Shown: piece after piece, positions 37,696 to 46,021 of the stretch
Position numbering within the stretch: position 1 is the first letter of the stretch
Layout of the letters: each line of letters starts with the position of its first letter
Program-made: the position numbers and the translations under genes
Assembly: GCA_003510435.1 (NCBI GenBank)
Contig: DOMK01000009.1
Coordinates: 24,675-88,674, forward strand
Direction: 5' to 3'
Length of the DNA stretch: 64,000 bases
Source: Candidatus Magasanikiibacteriota bacterium
Lineage (GTDB): Bacteria; Patescibacteriota; Patescibacteriia; Magasanikbacterales; UBA922
The notes under the pieces: generated by a model
Seen by the model: only the letters and a program-made list of their open reading frames with translations
Told to the model about the DNA's origin: nothing
Databases searched by the model: none

Positions 37696-37962
37696 TAAAA
37701 TATCAAATTCTAATCTAAAATAAATTATTCAAAATTTAACATTCGTCATTTTATTAGAAATTAGGTTAATTAGAAATTAGAAATTTTTTTGATTGTCATG
37801 GACAATCAAAAACTCCCCTCTACTCTAATTCTTTTTTAAAAAAGAACCAAAGCAGATTCGGGGAGTTTTTGTTTCCTCCTTTTTGGTTGTTGATTCCCTC
37901 CTCCGCGCCACACTGGCATGTTCCGATATCATCCAAGCCCTCCTAAAGAGCTGTTGGTTGTT

Positions 37963-38481
37963 TCAGCTTCCCTCCTCCGACTGAGGTAGAAGTTCGAAGA
38001 AGGGTTGTTCGGACGGCCACGTCCAGCAGAACGGACCGCTGGGCTCTTCGTCGGGCCCGTAGCCCGTGATGAATTGCCCACACTCCTGTTGATCAGTGTT
38101 ACATTCATGGTTGAATGAAATGTCCGGCATCTGGTAGTAGACTCGCCAGAACGCCTCCTGCTTGTAGTCGCGGTCACTGCACCCGGCCGTCATCTCGTCG
38201 ACCCAGAACATGATTGTGGGGTTCTTGTCATGAGAACAACATACTATTTGTCCTCTATCACCCACTCCCATGCAGTTGTGCAGGTCGCGAATACCCGGGA
38301 ACTCATGCCCGAAGTACGTCTCCACGACGTACCCGCCACTGATGGCGATCGGCACCGGCGTGCTGTCGCCCCACTTCACCGGGAGGCTGTTGTCGACCAG
38401 GATGGCCAGCGTCGCCAGGATGGCGAAACCGATGACCAACTTGCTGACGTACTTGCCCCGAAAGTCGACCTTGTTCAGCAT
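37963..38481 (-). CDS. hypothetical Cys/Trp-rich membrane-anchored or secreted protein (172 aa) in a high-GC island
   Basis: AAGGAGGG SD 9 nt upstream; N-terminal signal anchor; 7 Cys; GC3-rich codons unlike the host. Confidence 0.5.
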   Translation of the reverse strand: MLNKVDFRGKYVSKLVIGFAILATLAILVDNSLPVKWGDSTPVPIAISGGYVVETYFGHEFPGIRDLHNCMGVGDRGQIVCCSHDKNPTIMFWVDEMTAGCSDRDYKQEAFWRVYYQMPDISFNHECNTDQQECGQFITGYGPDEEPSGPFCWTWPSEQPFFELLPQSEEGS

Positions 38482-38505
38482 GATGAGACCCTCCTTCTGT
38501 GAGTT

Positions 38506-38598
38506 CTACCACCACCCCATACCCTTGGTGATAATCGCAGCCAACACAGCCGCGATCACGAAAAACGGGGTCCATCGCCCCTCCATGAAACGACTCAT
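38506..38598 (-). CDS. hypothetical 30-aa hydrophobic peptide MSRFMEGRWTPFFVIAAVLAAIITKGMGWW in the high-GC island (not in ORF track)
   Basis: GGGGGAGGGGG SD directly upstream; in an operon with the 172-aa ORF. Confidence 0.4.
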   Translation of the reverse strand: MSRFMEGRWTPFFVIAAVLAAIITKGMGWW

Positions 38599-38788
38599 CG
38601 CCCCCTCCCCCAAGGTTGGACAAATTTGAATTTACACTACCAAAAAATTATGAGAAAGTCAACCAAACATCCAATACCCTGACACCAATAACCTCACCCC
38701 AACAAATACGGAATTGGGTTATTAGAGTCAGGTACAAGGAACGAGGGGTGTGGACAACTTTCCCCTTTCTCTCCATATAAAGAGAACA

Positions 38789-38817
38789 TTGACAAAATCG
38801 CCTTAGCCTGCTATACT
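38789..38817 (+). promoter_or_regulatory. sigma70-like promoter TTGACA-17-TATACT, possibly for rny with a long 5' leader
   Basis: Hexamers at 38789-38794 and 38812-38817. Confidence 0.4.
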
Positions 38818-39081
38818 TAGGTCATATTAAATTAATAATGCTGTGAAAAGAATCGACTGATTATAGATGCAAGCCATGAAGAAAAACGGGATATTATGAA
38901 TAAAATTAGCTTAATTAAGCCAATTTACACTTCCCAAAACTTAAAAACTTCATACCTTTACCCTACTTTGGGTAATGATTTTCGCATCTAATAATCTCAA
39001 TCTCCCCTTTTTAAGGGGAGACTAAGAGGGGTTATTTTAACCCAAGTCAATTCTCTTAACACAGTTTAGAGAAGTTTTTTT

Positions 39082-40611
39082 ATGTCACAAGAATTAATGG
39101 TTATCTTAGGAGCTGTGATTGGTATTTTGCTTGGCTTTGGTTTGGGATATTATATCCGCAAACAAGTTGCCCAAGCTCGTGCCAATTCTGCCGAAGCCAC
39201 CGCCGAAAAAATGTTAACTGAGGCCAAACAAAAAGAGCAAGATGTTTTGTTAAGAGCCAAAGAACAAGCTATCAAAATTATTGATGGTGCAAAAAAAGAA
39301 GAAAACGATCGTCGCAGTGATATTGGACAACTCCAAAAACGTTTGGAACAACGCGAGTCCATGTTTGATAAACAACTCTTGGATTTTGAAGCTCGCAAAG
39401 AAAAGCTCCAACAAAAAGTAGAAGAAATCCAAGCGATCAAAGCTAGAGTGGACGAGGCTCATGAAAAAGCTATGGTGCAATTACAAACCATTGCTGGCTA
39501 TACCAAAGACGAAGCCAAACAAGTTTTGTTTGATAAAATTGAAGAACAATCTCATGATGACCTAATGGTTCGTATCATGAAAGCCGAAAAACAAAACACT
39601 GAAGAATATGAAAAGAAAGGTAGAGAAATTATAATGGACGCAATTCAACGCTGTTCTTCTGATCATTCAGCCGAAACAACTTCCACTGCCGTGGCTTTAC
39701 CAAGCGATGAAATGAAAGGTAGAATTATTGGCAAGGATGGTAGAAATATAAAAACAATTGAAAAACTTACAGGTTGCGAATTAATCATTGACGAAACTCC
39801 AGACATGATTTTGGTTTCTGGTTTCTCCCCGATTCGCCGTCGAGTTTGTCAATTGGCTTTGGAAAAATTAATCAAAGACGGACGCATTCAACCAGCTAGA
39901 ATTGAAGAGTTTATTGAATCAGCCAAAAAAGATTTGGCCATTGATATTAAAAAAGCCGGTGATGAAGCAGTTTACAAAATGGGCTTTATTGGACTGGAAC
40001 CAAAATTGATTGGTATTATTGGCAGATTAAAATACCGTACCAGCTATGGCCAAAATATTTTAAACCATTCCATGGAAGTAGCTTACTTATCTGCTCTAAT
40101 TGCCGAAGAACTTGGTCTAGATGCTAACAAAGCCAAAAAATGTGGCTTCTTCCATGATATTGGTAAAGCGGTTGATCAAGAAACACAAGGTAGCCATCCA
40201 GAAGTTGGTTATACAATTTTGAAAAAATTTGGCATGGACGAAGATATTTGCGATACAGCTGCTCATCATCATGATGATAAACCAACTAGCGTGTATGCTC
40301 AGATTGCCAAAGCCGCTGATGCTATCTCTGGTGCTAGAGAAGGTGCTCGCCGTGATACTTATGAACAATTTGTCGCGAGGCTTGAAGAGATTGAACAAAC
40401 TGCTTCTGACTTCCCTGGCATTGATAAAGTCTATGCTATCCAAGCTGGTCGTGAAGTTCGTGTCTTTGTCAAACCAGAAGAAGTTGATGATTACCAAGCT
40501 TATAACTTGGCCAAAGATATTGCGAGAAAAATTGAAAATGAATTGCAATATCCTGGTGAAATTAGAGTCAATGTCATTAGAGAAAAACGTGTGATTGAGT
40601 ACGCCCGGTAA
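39082..40611 (+). CDS. rny: ribonuclease Y
   Basis: N-terminal TM segment, KH domain GRIIGKDGRNIKTIE and HD domain; 509 aa. Confidence 0.9.
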   Translation: MSQELMVILGAVIGILLGFGLGYYIRKQVAQARANSAEATAEKMLTEAKQKEQDVLLRAKEQAIKIIDGAKKEENDRRSDIGQLQKRLEQRESMFDKQLLDFEARKEKLQQKVEEIQAIKARVDEAHEKAMVQLQTIAGYTKDEAKQVLFDKIEEQSHDDLMVRIMKAEKQNTEEYEKKGREIIMDAIQRCSSDHSAETTSTAVALPSDEMKGRIIGKDGRNIKTIEKLTGCELIIDETPDMILVSGFSPIRRRVCQLALEKLIKDGRIQPARIEEFIESAKKDLAIDIKKAGDEAVYKMGFIGLEPKLIGIIGRLKYRTSYGQNILNHSMEVAYLSALIAEELGLDANKAKKCGFFHDIGKAVDQETQGSHPEVGYTILKKFGMDEDICDTAAHHHDDKPTSVYAQIAKAADAISGAREGARRDTYEQFVARLEEIEQTASDFPGIDKVYAIQAGREVRVFVKPEEVDDYQAYNLAKDIARKIENELQYPGEIRVNVIREKRVIEYAR

Positions 40612-40808
40612 AGAATTAGAATATTATACACAATAAAATCCTTCGGCGATAGCTGGGGGATTTTTATTTTAGTATTTGGGAGTTGGGGCTAGATGCGAGA
40701 AAAAATTTCTCGCATCCCGTCCTTATTCCTTACTCCTATTATTTTAATCAACATAACTATAATTGTAAAATTTAAAAAAAATTTGTCCACAGACAAAAAT
40801 TTGCTCTA

Positions 40809-40837
40809 TTGACATAAAAAATCAAAAAATATACAAT
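40809..40837 (+). promoter_or_regulatory. sigma70 promoter TTGACA-17-TACAAT upstream of hup
   Basis: Hexamers at 40809-40814 and 40832-40837. A palindrome TTTGTCCACAGACAAA lies just upstream. Confidence 0.5.
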
Positions 40838-40907
40838 ATTAATGTAAATTAAGCTAATTTCCCTTTAAGGGAGTCTTAATCTAAAACTTACTCTTAACCC
40901 ATCTATT

Positions 40908-41192
40908 ATGAACAAAGCAGAATTGGCTCAAACAATTGCCGATAAAGTCGGTGTCTCAAAAAAAGAAGCCGAGGAAATGGTAGCAACCTTTGTCACTGTT
41001 GTTACTACTACTCTACAAGCTGGTGGTGAAGTTACTATTGCTGGCTTTGGTGCTTTTAGTGCCAAAAAAAGAGCAGGCCGGGTTGGTGTTAATCCACAAA
41101 ACCCAAGTCAAAAAATTCAGATCCCACCTGTCACAGTGCCAAAATTCAAGGCGGGAAAAGGATTGAAAGACGCTTTGAAAGGTAAGGCCTAA
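40908..41192 (+). CDS. hup: DNA-binding protein HU
   Basis: MNKAELAQTIADKVGVSKKEAEEMV...GFGAFS; 94 aa. Confidence 0.9.
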   Translation: MNKAELAQTIADKVGVSKKEAEEMVATFVTVVTTTLQAGGEVTIAGFGAFSAKKRAGRVGVNPQNPSQKIQIPPVTVPKFKAGKGLKDALKGKA

Positions 41193-41221
41193 AGTCAATA
41201 AAAAAATTACACTTTAAAAAA

Positions 41222-41245
41222 TCACCAAATTCTGGTGGTTTTTTT
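41222..41245 (+). terminator. rho-independent terminator of hup
   Basis: CACCA-AATTC-TGGTG hairpin followed by TTTTTTT. Confidence 0.65.
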
Positions 41246-41247
41246 GG

Positions 41248-41276
41248 TTGACAAAATATTATTTTTTTAGTATAAT
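41248..41276 (+). promoter_or_regulatory. consensus sigma70 promoter TTGACA-17-TATAAT driving the tRNA pair
   Basis: Exact consensus hexamers at 41248-41253 and 41271-41276. Confidence 0.7.
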
Positions 41277-41318
41277 TTTTGCACTGTTATTGGAAGGCTC
41301 GGTTCCCAGCCTGTATAT

Positions 41319-41390
41319 GCCGCCATCGTCTAACGGCTAGGACTTCGCCTTCTCAAGGCGGAAATCGGAGTTCGATTCTCCGTGGCGGTA
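41319..41390 (+). tRNA. tRNA-Glu (anticodon CTC)
   Basis: Manual cloverleaf: acceptor GCCGCCA/TGGCGGT, D-arm GTCTAACGGCTAGGAC, anticodon loop TTCTCAA, T-arm CGGAGTTCGATTCTCCG. CCA is not encoded. Confidence 0.75.
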
Positions 41391-41403
41391 CAACAAAATA
41401 AAT

Positions 41404-41477
41404 GTCAGGGTAGCTCAGCTGGTTAGAGCGTAGCATTCATAACGCTAAGGTCGGGAGTTCGAGCCTCCCCCTTGACA
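41404..41477 (+). tRNA. tRNA with CAT anticodon (elongator Met, or Ile2 if lysidinylated)
   Basis: Acceptor GTCAGGG/CCTTGAC, D-arm GCTCAGCTGGTTAGAGC, anticodon loop TTCATAA, T-arm GGGAGTTCGAGCCTCCC. Confidence 0.75.
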
Positions 41478-41484
41478 CAAAAAA

Positions 41485-41520
41485 CAGTAGAGGCGTGCCA
41501 CGGCACGCCTCTACTGTTTT
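41485..41520. terminator. bidirectional rho-independent terminator (14-bp perfect stem)
   Basis: CAGTAGAGGCGTGCC ... GGCACGCCTCTACTG, followed by TTTT on the plus strand and TTTTTT on the minus strand. Confidence 0.75.
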
Positions 41521-41532
41521 ATTTAATATTTT

Positions 41533-42432
41533 TTATTCCACTTCCTTTAAAATTTCAGAAATCTCTACCAAATTCAAACCCATAACCAAAGCAATCGCAA
41601 TCGCTGCTAAGGCTGGATAAACGTCTTCTTGTCTTTTTGCATCAAACAAATACATCGGCACCATTGAACCATGATAAGAAATTTTAAAATAAATACCAAT
41701 TGTTTCACCTGCCTCCCCTGTCTTAAAAAGCACATCACTCGCTCGCACATCTGCTTCGACATGAAAACCAAAAGTAAAAATATCTGCCTCAGTTTTATTA
41801 CCCATTACAAAAATATCTTCCTCATCGCGATTTAAAATTGCAAAACTATTTTTATCAAGTGTACTAATCATTAATCTTAATTCCTGACTAAGTTTTTTTA
41901 AAGTTTTGAAATATTCTAAATAAGCCTCATTGAGTGAAGTCACTACCCCAACTTTACACGGCGCCATAGAAGTGAGATGTTTCAAATCTCCTGGTTTACT
42001 AGCCAACATTTCCAAAACCAAAACTTCAGGATAATTTTTATCCCGCTTTAAAATTAATTTAAAAGCTCTTAAAAATATCTGACACCAACCATAAACTGAT
42101 CTACCCGGGTCAACCATACCAATAACTGCCAAAGGTAAACCAAACTCATTATTATGAGCATCTGGATTACCAACCACTCTAAATTTTGTACTCAAAACTT
42201 TTACCACCAACTTTTTTAAACCCCTTTTTCCCACTGAACCAGCAATCCCAATAATATCTGGTTCATATTTTTTTAAAATCAGACGAGTAAAAAATCTAAG
42301 AAATTTTTTAACAATTGTTTTCATAAAATTATCTATTTGGTGGTACTTGGTAATATTGTAAAATAAATTTAGCAATTTCTCCAAAAGCTGGCGCGGTCGT
42401 ACTATCAGCCCAAGTCCGAGCTGGTTTTTCAA
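41533..42432 (-). CDS. Mur ligase family protein, MurF-like P-loop and middle domains only; no N- or C-terminal domain. The start is probably MKTIVKK near 42324.
   Basis: GIAGSVGKRG P-loop; GNPDAHNNEFGLPLAVIGM matches the MurF GNxNNxIGVPLT motif; ...VVTSLNEAYLEYF. The ORF stops where the Mur C-terminal domain should begin. Confidence 0.55.
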   Translation of the reverse strand: MKNQLGLGLIVRPRQLLEKLLNLFYNITKYHQIDNFMKTIVKKFLRFFTRLILKKYEPDIIGIAGSVGKRGLKKLVVKVLSTKFRVVGNPDAHNNEFGLPLAVIGMVDPGRSVYGWCQIFLRAFKLILKRDKNYPEVLVLEMLASKPGDLKHLTSMAPCKVGVVTSLNEAYLEYFKTLKKLSQELRLMISTLDKNSFAILNRDEEDIFVMGNKTEADIFTFGFHVEADVRASDVLFKTGEAGETIGIYFKISYHGSMVPMYLFDAKRQEDVYPALAAIAIALVMGLNLVEISEILKEVE

Positions 42433-44101
42433 ATTTTATTAACATTACAAATTTTGGATTATCAGATGGAAATACACCAATAAAAGTCTGGATTGTCTCG
42501 GCTGTATAGCCACCAGGCCCTGGAATTTGCGCTGTACCAGTCTTTCCCCCAACATAATAACCTGGCACCCCAGCTCGCTTGGCATGGCCGTTTTCTACCA
42601 CACTGGTAAGCATGCCGAGCAATAAAACTGACGTCTGATTATTCAAAACAGTTCTAGTTTCTTTTGGATTTCTTTTTTCAATTGTACCATCAGCCATACG
42701 CACTTCTTCTACTATATATGGTTTATAAAGTTTTCCACCATTAACTATCGCTGAAAAAGCTGAGACCAACTGCAATGGAGTGGCGGTAATACCTTGTCCA
42801 AACGAAGCGGTTGCACCATAGCAATCAATCTTATCACCTTTATTTTCTTTAAGAGTAGAAATATTGCCCCCGACTTCGCTATCCAATTCTAGTCCACTCT
42901 GAAAACCAAAACCAAAATCTTCTAAATATTTAATTTCTCTTTTCTTACCCAATTGTTCGGCCACAAATACCATACCAGTATTTACAGAATTTTCCAAAAC
43001 TCCAATCATACTCTGTGTCTGATACGACTTATCATCAGCATTTCTAATTGGCGTTTGACACAAACCAGCTCGTGAGCCACTATCAAAAAAAGTTGTATTT
43101 GGCGACACCAAACCCTCATTAATCGCCGCCGCCATTAAAATAGGTTTGAAAACTGAACCTGGTTCATACGGGGTAAATATATTTGAATTATTATATACAT
43201 CAGCATTTTCTACCTGGCCATAATTATTTGGATCAAAATCAGGCAAACTACACATAGTTCTTATTGCCCCATTGTATGGATCTATAAGTATAAGAGATGC
43301 GGTCTTAGCGCCAAATTCTTGTCTATAAGCTTCTAGTCTTTCACAGGCTTTATATTGAATTGTCCGATCAATAGTCAAAAGCAAATCAGCTCCATCTTCT
43401 GAGGCCTTCAAATAACGATCAGCCAATGGAATAAACGCCCCTACAGCACTCTTGGCTCCCTGGACAAAGCCACCTTTACCAGCCAATTCTTTTTGCCAAT
43501 AACCTTCAATTCCATAATGCCCAATATTATTACCGTCTTTATCCTTACCCAAAAAGCCAATCACTGGCGCCGCCAAATTTCCTTCGGGATAAAAACGAAA
43601 TGGCTGGCGCACAAAATCAATTCCAACCAAATTCAAAGTGGTTATTTTTTGCATTGTCATTTCATCGATTTTATTTTCAATTGGTTCATATGGATCAGTC
43701 CTTTTATTTAATTGGGTAAGAATCTTTAATTTTTTGGCATCATCATAATTAAAAACCTCGGCTAATTTTTGCAAAACCAAATTAGCTTCTTCATTAGTTT
43801 TAATTTTTCTCGTATCAGCATAAACCAAAAAATAATCACGATTAATCGCTAGTGGATATTCTTCTTTGGTGCGTGAATCTTGAATATACACACTCCCGCG
43901 TTTGGGAAATAATTTATTATACATGTCGTGTGAACCAGCCGCCAATGCCAAATAAAAATTATTTTCCCAAATCATTAACATGAAAAGTCGGCCTACCACC
44001 ACCACAGCCAACAAAACAAATAAAACCCACATTATTTTTAAACGTGGATCACTGTTGGTAGTTTTTCTATTACTAGATTTGTAGGCTGTTTGATAAAACA
44101 T
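42329..44101 (-). CDS. penicillin-binding protein 2 / FtsI-type transpeptidase
   Basis: SxxK (GSVFKP), SxN (ENSVNTG) and KTG (GKTGTA) motifs; 590 aa. Confidence 0.85.
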   Translation of the reverse strand: MFYQTAYKSSNRKTTNSDPRLKIMWVLFVLLAVVVVGRLFMLMIWENNFYLALAAGSHDMYNKLFPKRGSVYIQDSRTKEEYPLAINRDYFLVYADTRKIKTNEEANLVLQKLAEVFNYDDAKKLKILTQLNKRTDPYEPIENKIDEMTMQKITTLNLVGIDFVRQPFRFYPEGNLAAPVIGFLGKDKDGNNIGHYGIEGYWQKELAGKGGFVQGAKSAVGAFIPLADRYLKASEDGADLLLTIDRTIQYKACERLEAYRQEFGAKTASLILIDPYNGAIRTMCSLPDFDPNNYGQVENADVYNNSNIFTPYEPGSVFKPILMAAAINEGLVSPNTTFFDSGSRAGLCQTPIRNADDKSYQTQSMIGVLENSVNTGMVFVAEQLGKKREIKYLEDFGFGFQSGLELDSEVGGNISTLKENKGDKIDCYGATASFGQGITATPLQLVSAFSAIVNGGKLYKPYIVEEVRMADGTIEKRNPKETRTVLNNQTSVLLLGMLTSVVENGHAKRAGVPGYYVGGKTGTAQIPGPGGYTAETIQTFIGVFPSDNPKFVMLIKFEKPARTWADSTTAPAFGEIAKFILQYYQVPPNR

Positions 44102-44151
44102 AAAAAACTCAATTTCCTATTTTATTCAGAAAATTAGTAAATTGAAAATTA

Positions 44152-45186
44152 TTAAATTTTCTTTTGTCGCCCCATTCTTCTTTCGGCCATATCCTTATCA
44201 ACCAAATCATCTTTTATTAATTGTTTCAAAGCATTGTCCATAGTTATCATGCCATCTTTGGCTCCAGTTTGAATAGAACTATTTATCTGGGCAATACTAT
44301 TTTCTTTTATCATATTGGCAATGGCTGGAGTATTTATTAATATTTCCCTCGCTACGATTCTCTGACCATTTTTAGCTGGTAATAATTGTTGCGCCACAAT
44401 CCCCCGCAATACCGAAGATAATTGAATCAAAATTTGTTTTTGTTTGGCACCTTCAAATACATCTACAATTCTCTCAACTGCTTCGGCGGCATTTGAAGTG
44501 TGTAGAGTAGAAAATACCAAGTGACCAGTTTCAGCTGCAGTCAAAACTGTTGCAATAGTTTCTGGGTCACGCATTTCCCCTACAAGAATAACATTTGGAT
44601 CCTGACGCAAAACATGTTTGAGAGCATTGGCAAATGATTTGGTATCAGTACCAATTTCTCTCTGCTCTACCAAACTCTTTTTATCAGTAAAAACGAACTC
44701 AATTGGATCTTCTATAGTAATAATATGAGCCTTGCGAGTCTTGTTAATTTCTTCAACCATAGAGGCAATGGTAGTTGATTTACCATGACCAGTTGCGCCA
44801 ACAACTAAAACTAAACCATCCATTAAATTGGTAAAATTTAACAGAGCTGGTTCAAAACGCAAATCCTCTGGCGAAGGAATATCTTTTGGTATTAGTCTGG
44901 CTGACAAACCAATTTTGCCTTCTTGACGATGAAGATTAATTCTAAACCTTATTCCACTGTGTTCATAGCCAAAATCCAGTTCCATTTCTTCGTTAAATTT
45001 TTTCTTTTGTTCTACACTTAACAAACCAAGTACTTCAGTCTCTAATTCTTTCTCATTTAATTTTTTTTCTTCAAGTTCTTTTAACTCCCCTTCCAATCTA
45101 ATCATTGGTTTTTCATCAGCTACCAAATGTAGATCTGAAGCATTATTTTTAATAGCTTCTTCAAAATAAGTTTTTATTGATTTCAT
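44152..45186 (-). CDS. pilT: type IV pilus retraction ATPase PilT
   Basis: VGATGHGKSTT Walker A; 344 aa; C-terminal GAKDGMITMDNAL. Confidence 0.85.
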   Translation of the reverse strand: MKSIKTYFEEAIKNNASDLHLVADEKPMIRLEGELKELEEKKLNEKELETEVLGLLSVEQKKKFNEEMELDFGYEHSGIRFRINLHRQEGKIGLSARLIPKDIPSPEDLRFEPALLNFTNLMDGLVLVVGATGHGKSTTIASMVEEINKTRKAHIITIEDPIEFVFTDKKSLVEQREIGTDTKSFANALKHVLRQDPNVILVGEMRDPETIATVLTAAETGHLVFSTLHTSNAAEAVERIVDVFEGAKQKQILIQLSSVLRGIVAQQLLPAKNGQRIVAREILINTPAIANMIKENSIAQINSSIQTGAKDGMITMDNALKQLIKDDLVDKDMAERRMGRQKKI

Positions 45187-45302
45187 AAATATAAATGCTT
45201 GAAAAGCCTAAAACGCCAAAAAGGCTTGAAAGGCCTGTGGATAATTAATACCTATATTTTAGCATAATAAAAACCAAGCGACAATGCTTGATTTTTGATG
45301 TG

Positions 45303-45375
45303 TCGGGCTAGGCAGACTTGAACTGCCGACCTCGTCGTCCCGAACGACGCGCGCTACCAACTGCGCTATAGCCCG
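45303..45375 (-). tRNA. tRNA-Pro (anticodon CGG)
   Basis: Reverse complement CGGGCTATAGCGCAGTTGGTAGCGCGCGTCGTTCGGGACGACGAGGTCGGCAGTTCAAGTCTGCCTAGCCCGA folds as a cloverleaf with anticodon loop TTCGGGA. Confidence 0.8.
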
Positions 45376-45550
45376 TTTGAATGAAAAAAGGGATATATAT
45401 AAAAATAAGTCTGTATTGGCCATATTTTACTCTTTTTAATTTAAAAATCAAATTTAAACAAAAACACTCCCTTTTATAAGAGTGTTTAAATTTTACAATT
45501 TTTAAACATTTTCCACATTCCGTATAATCCGTATTCTCCTCACTTCCGTG

Positions 45551-45868
45551 TTATTTCTTCATTTGCCCCTTCAAATTACTCCACTGAGCCACGACTAATT
45601 TTTCTACCATTTTCTTAATATTTTCGGCCAAACCATTATCAATCGCATACTTATTAACCAATTCCTGTACCATTTTTACATATTCATTTTTAGTCAATTT
45701 ATAATACTGTTCTGAAGTCAAAATCTTTTCTTTTAGTTTGACATAGACTTCAGCTGCATGATCAAGCATTTCATCGCGCATTTCCTTACCTTTTTTAGTA
45801 GTATTGAGCCACATTAAACCAGCACCCAACAAACCACCAAGCAAAAGTCCTTTTTTAAATATTCCCAT
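45551..45868 (-). CDS. YtxH-like (DUF948) small membrane/stress protein
   Basis: Gly-zipper N-terminus GLLLGGLLGAGL followed by a coiled coil. Confidence 0.45.
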   Translation of the reverse strand: MGIFKKGLLLGGLLGAGLMWLNTTKKGKEMRDEMLDHAAEVYVKLKEKILTSEQYYKLTKNEYVKMVQELVNKYAIDNGLAENIKKMVEKLVVAQWSNLKGQMKK

Positions 45869-45967
45869 ATAATAATAGTTAAAAGTAAAAAGTTATAAAG
45901 TCCATAAAGTAAATATAAACTTACAACTATCTATAACAGTATAACAAAACAATACTTTTTTAGCAAA

Positions 45968-45998
45968 CAAAAACAGCCTCACTTTTGAGACTGTTTTA
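45968..45998 (-). terminator. rho-independent terminator downstream of the DsbA-like gene
   Basis: ACAGTCTC-AAAAG-GAGGCTGT on the minus strand, followed by a T-run. Confidence 0.5.
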
Positions 45999-46021
45999 TT
46001 TTAAAACTATAATTTAATTTT

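Noticed and set aside
38230-38629. Plus- and minus-strand ORFs in the ORF track inside the high-GC island (38230-38502 +, 38270-38629 +, 38303-38623 -, 37929-38177 -).
   Set aside because: They are Arg/Gly/Pro-rich translations, typical of off-frame reading of high-GC DNA. None has a ribosome-binding site or hydrophobic/structural character. The 37963-38481 frame has an SD, a signal anchor and sensible composition, so I kept only that one and the 30-aa upstream peptide.
22961-45375. I considered whether the tRNA-Pro fragment (22.96 kb) and the intact tRNA-Pro (45.3 kb) delimit one 22-kb integrated island.
   Set aside because: The two are in opposite orientations, and a simple integrase-mediated insertion gives direct repeats. 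The intervening genes are core housekeeping (gdhA, infB, tkt, rny, hup, PBP2) with host-like composition. I rejected this as a simple island.
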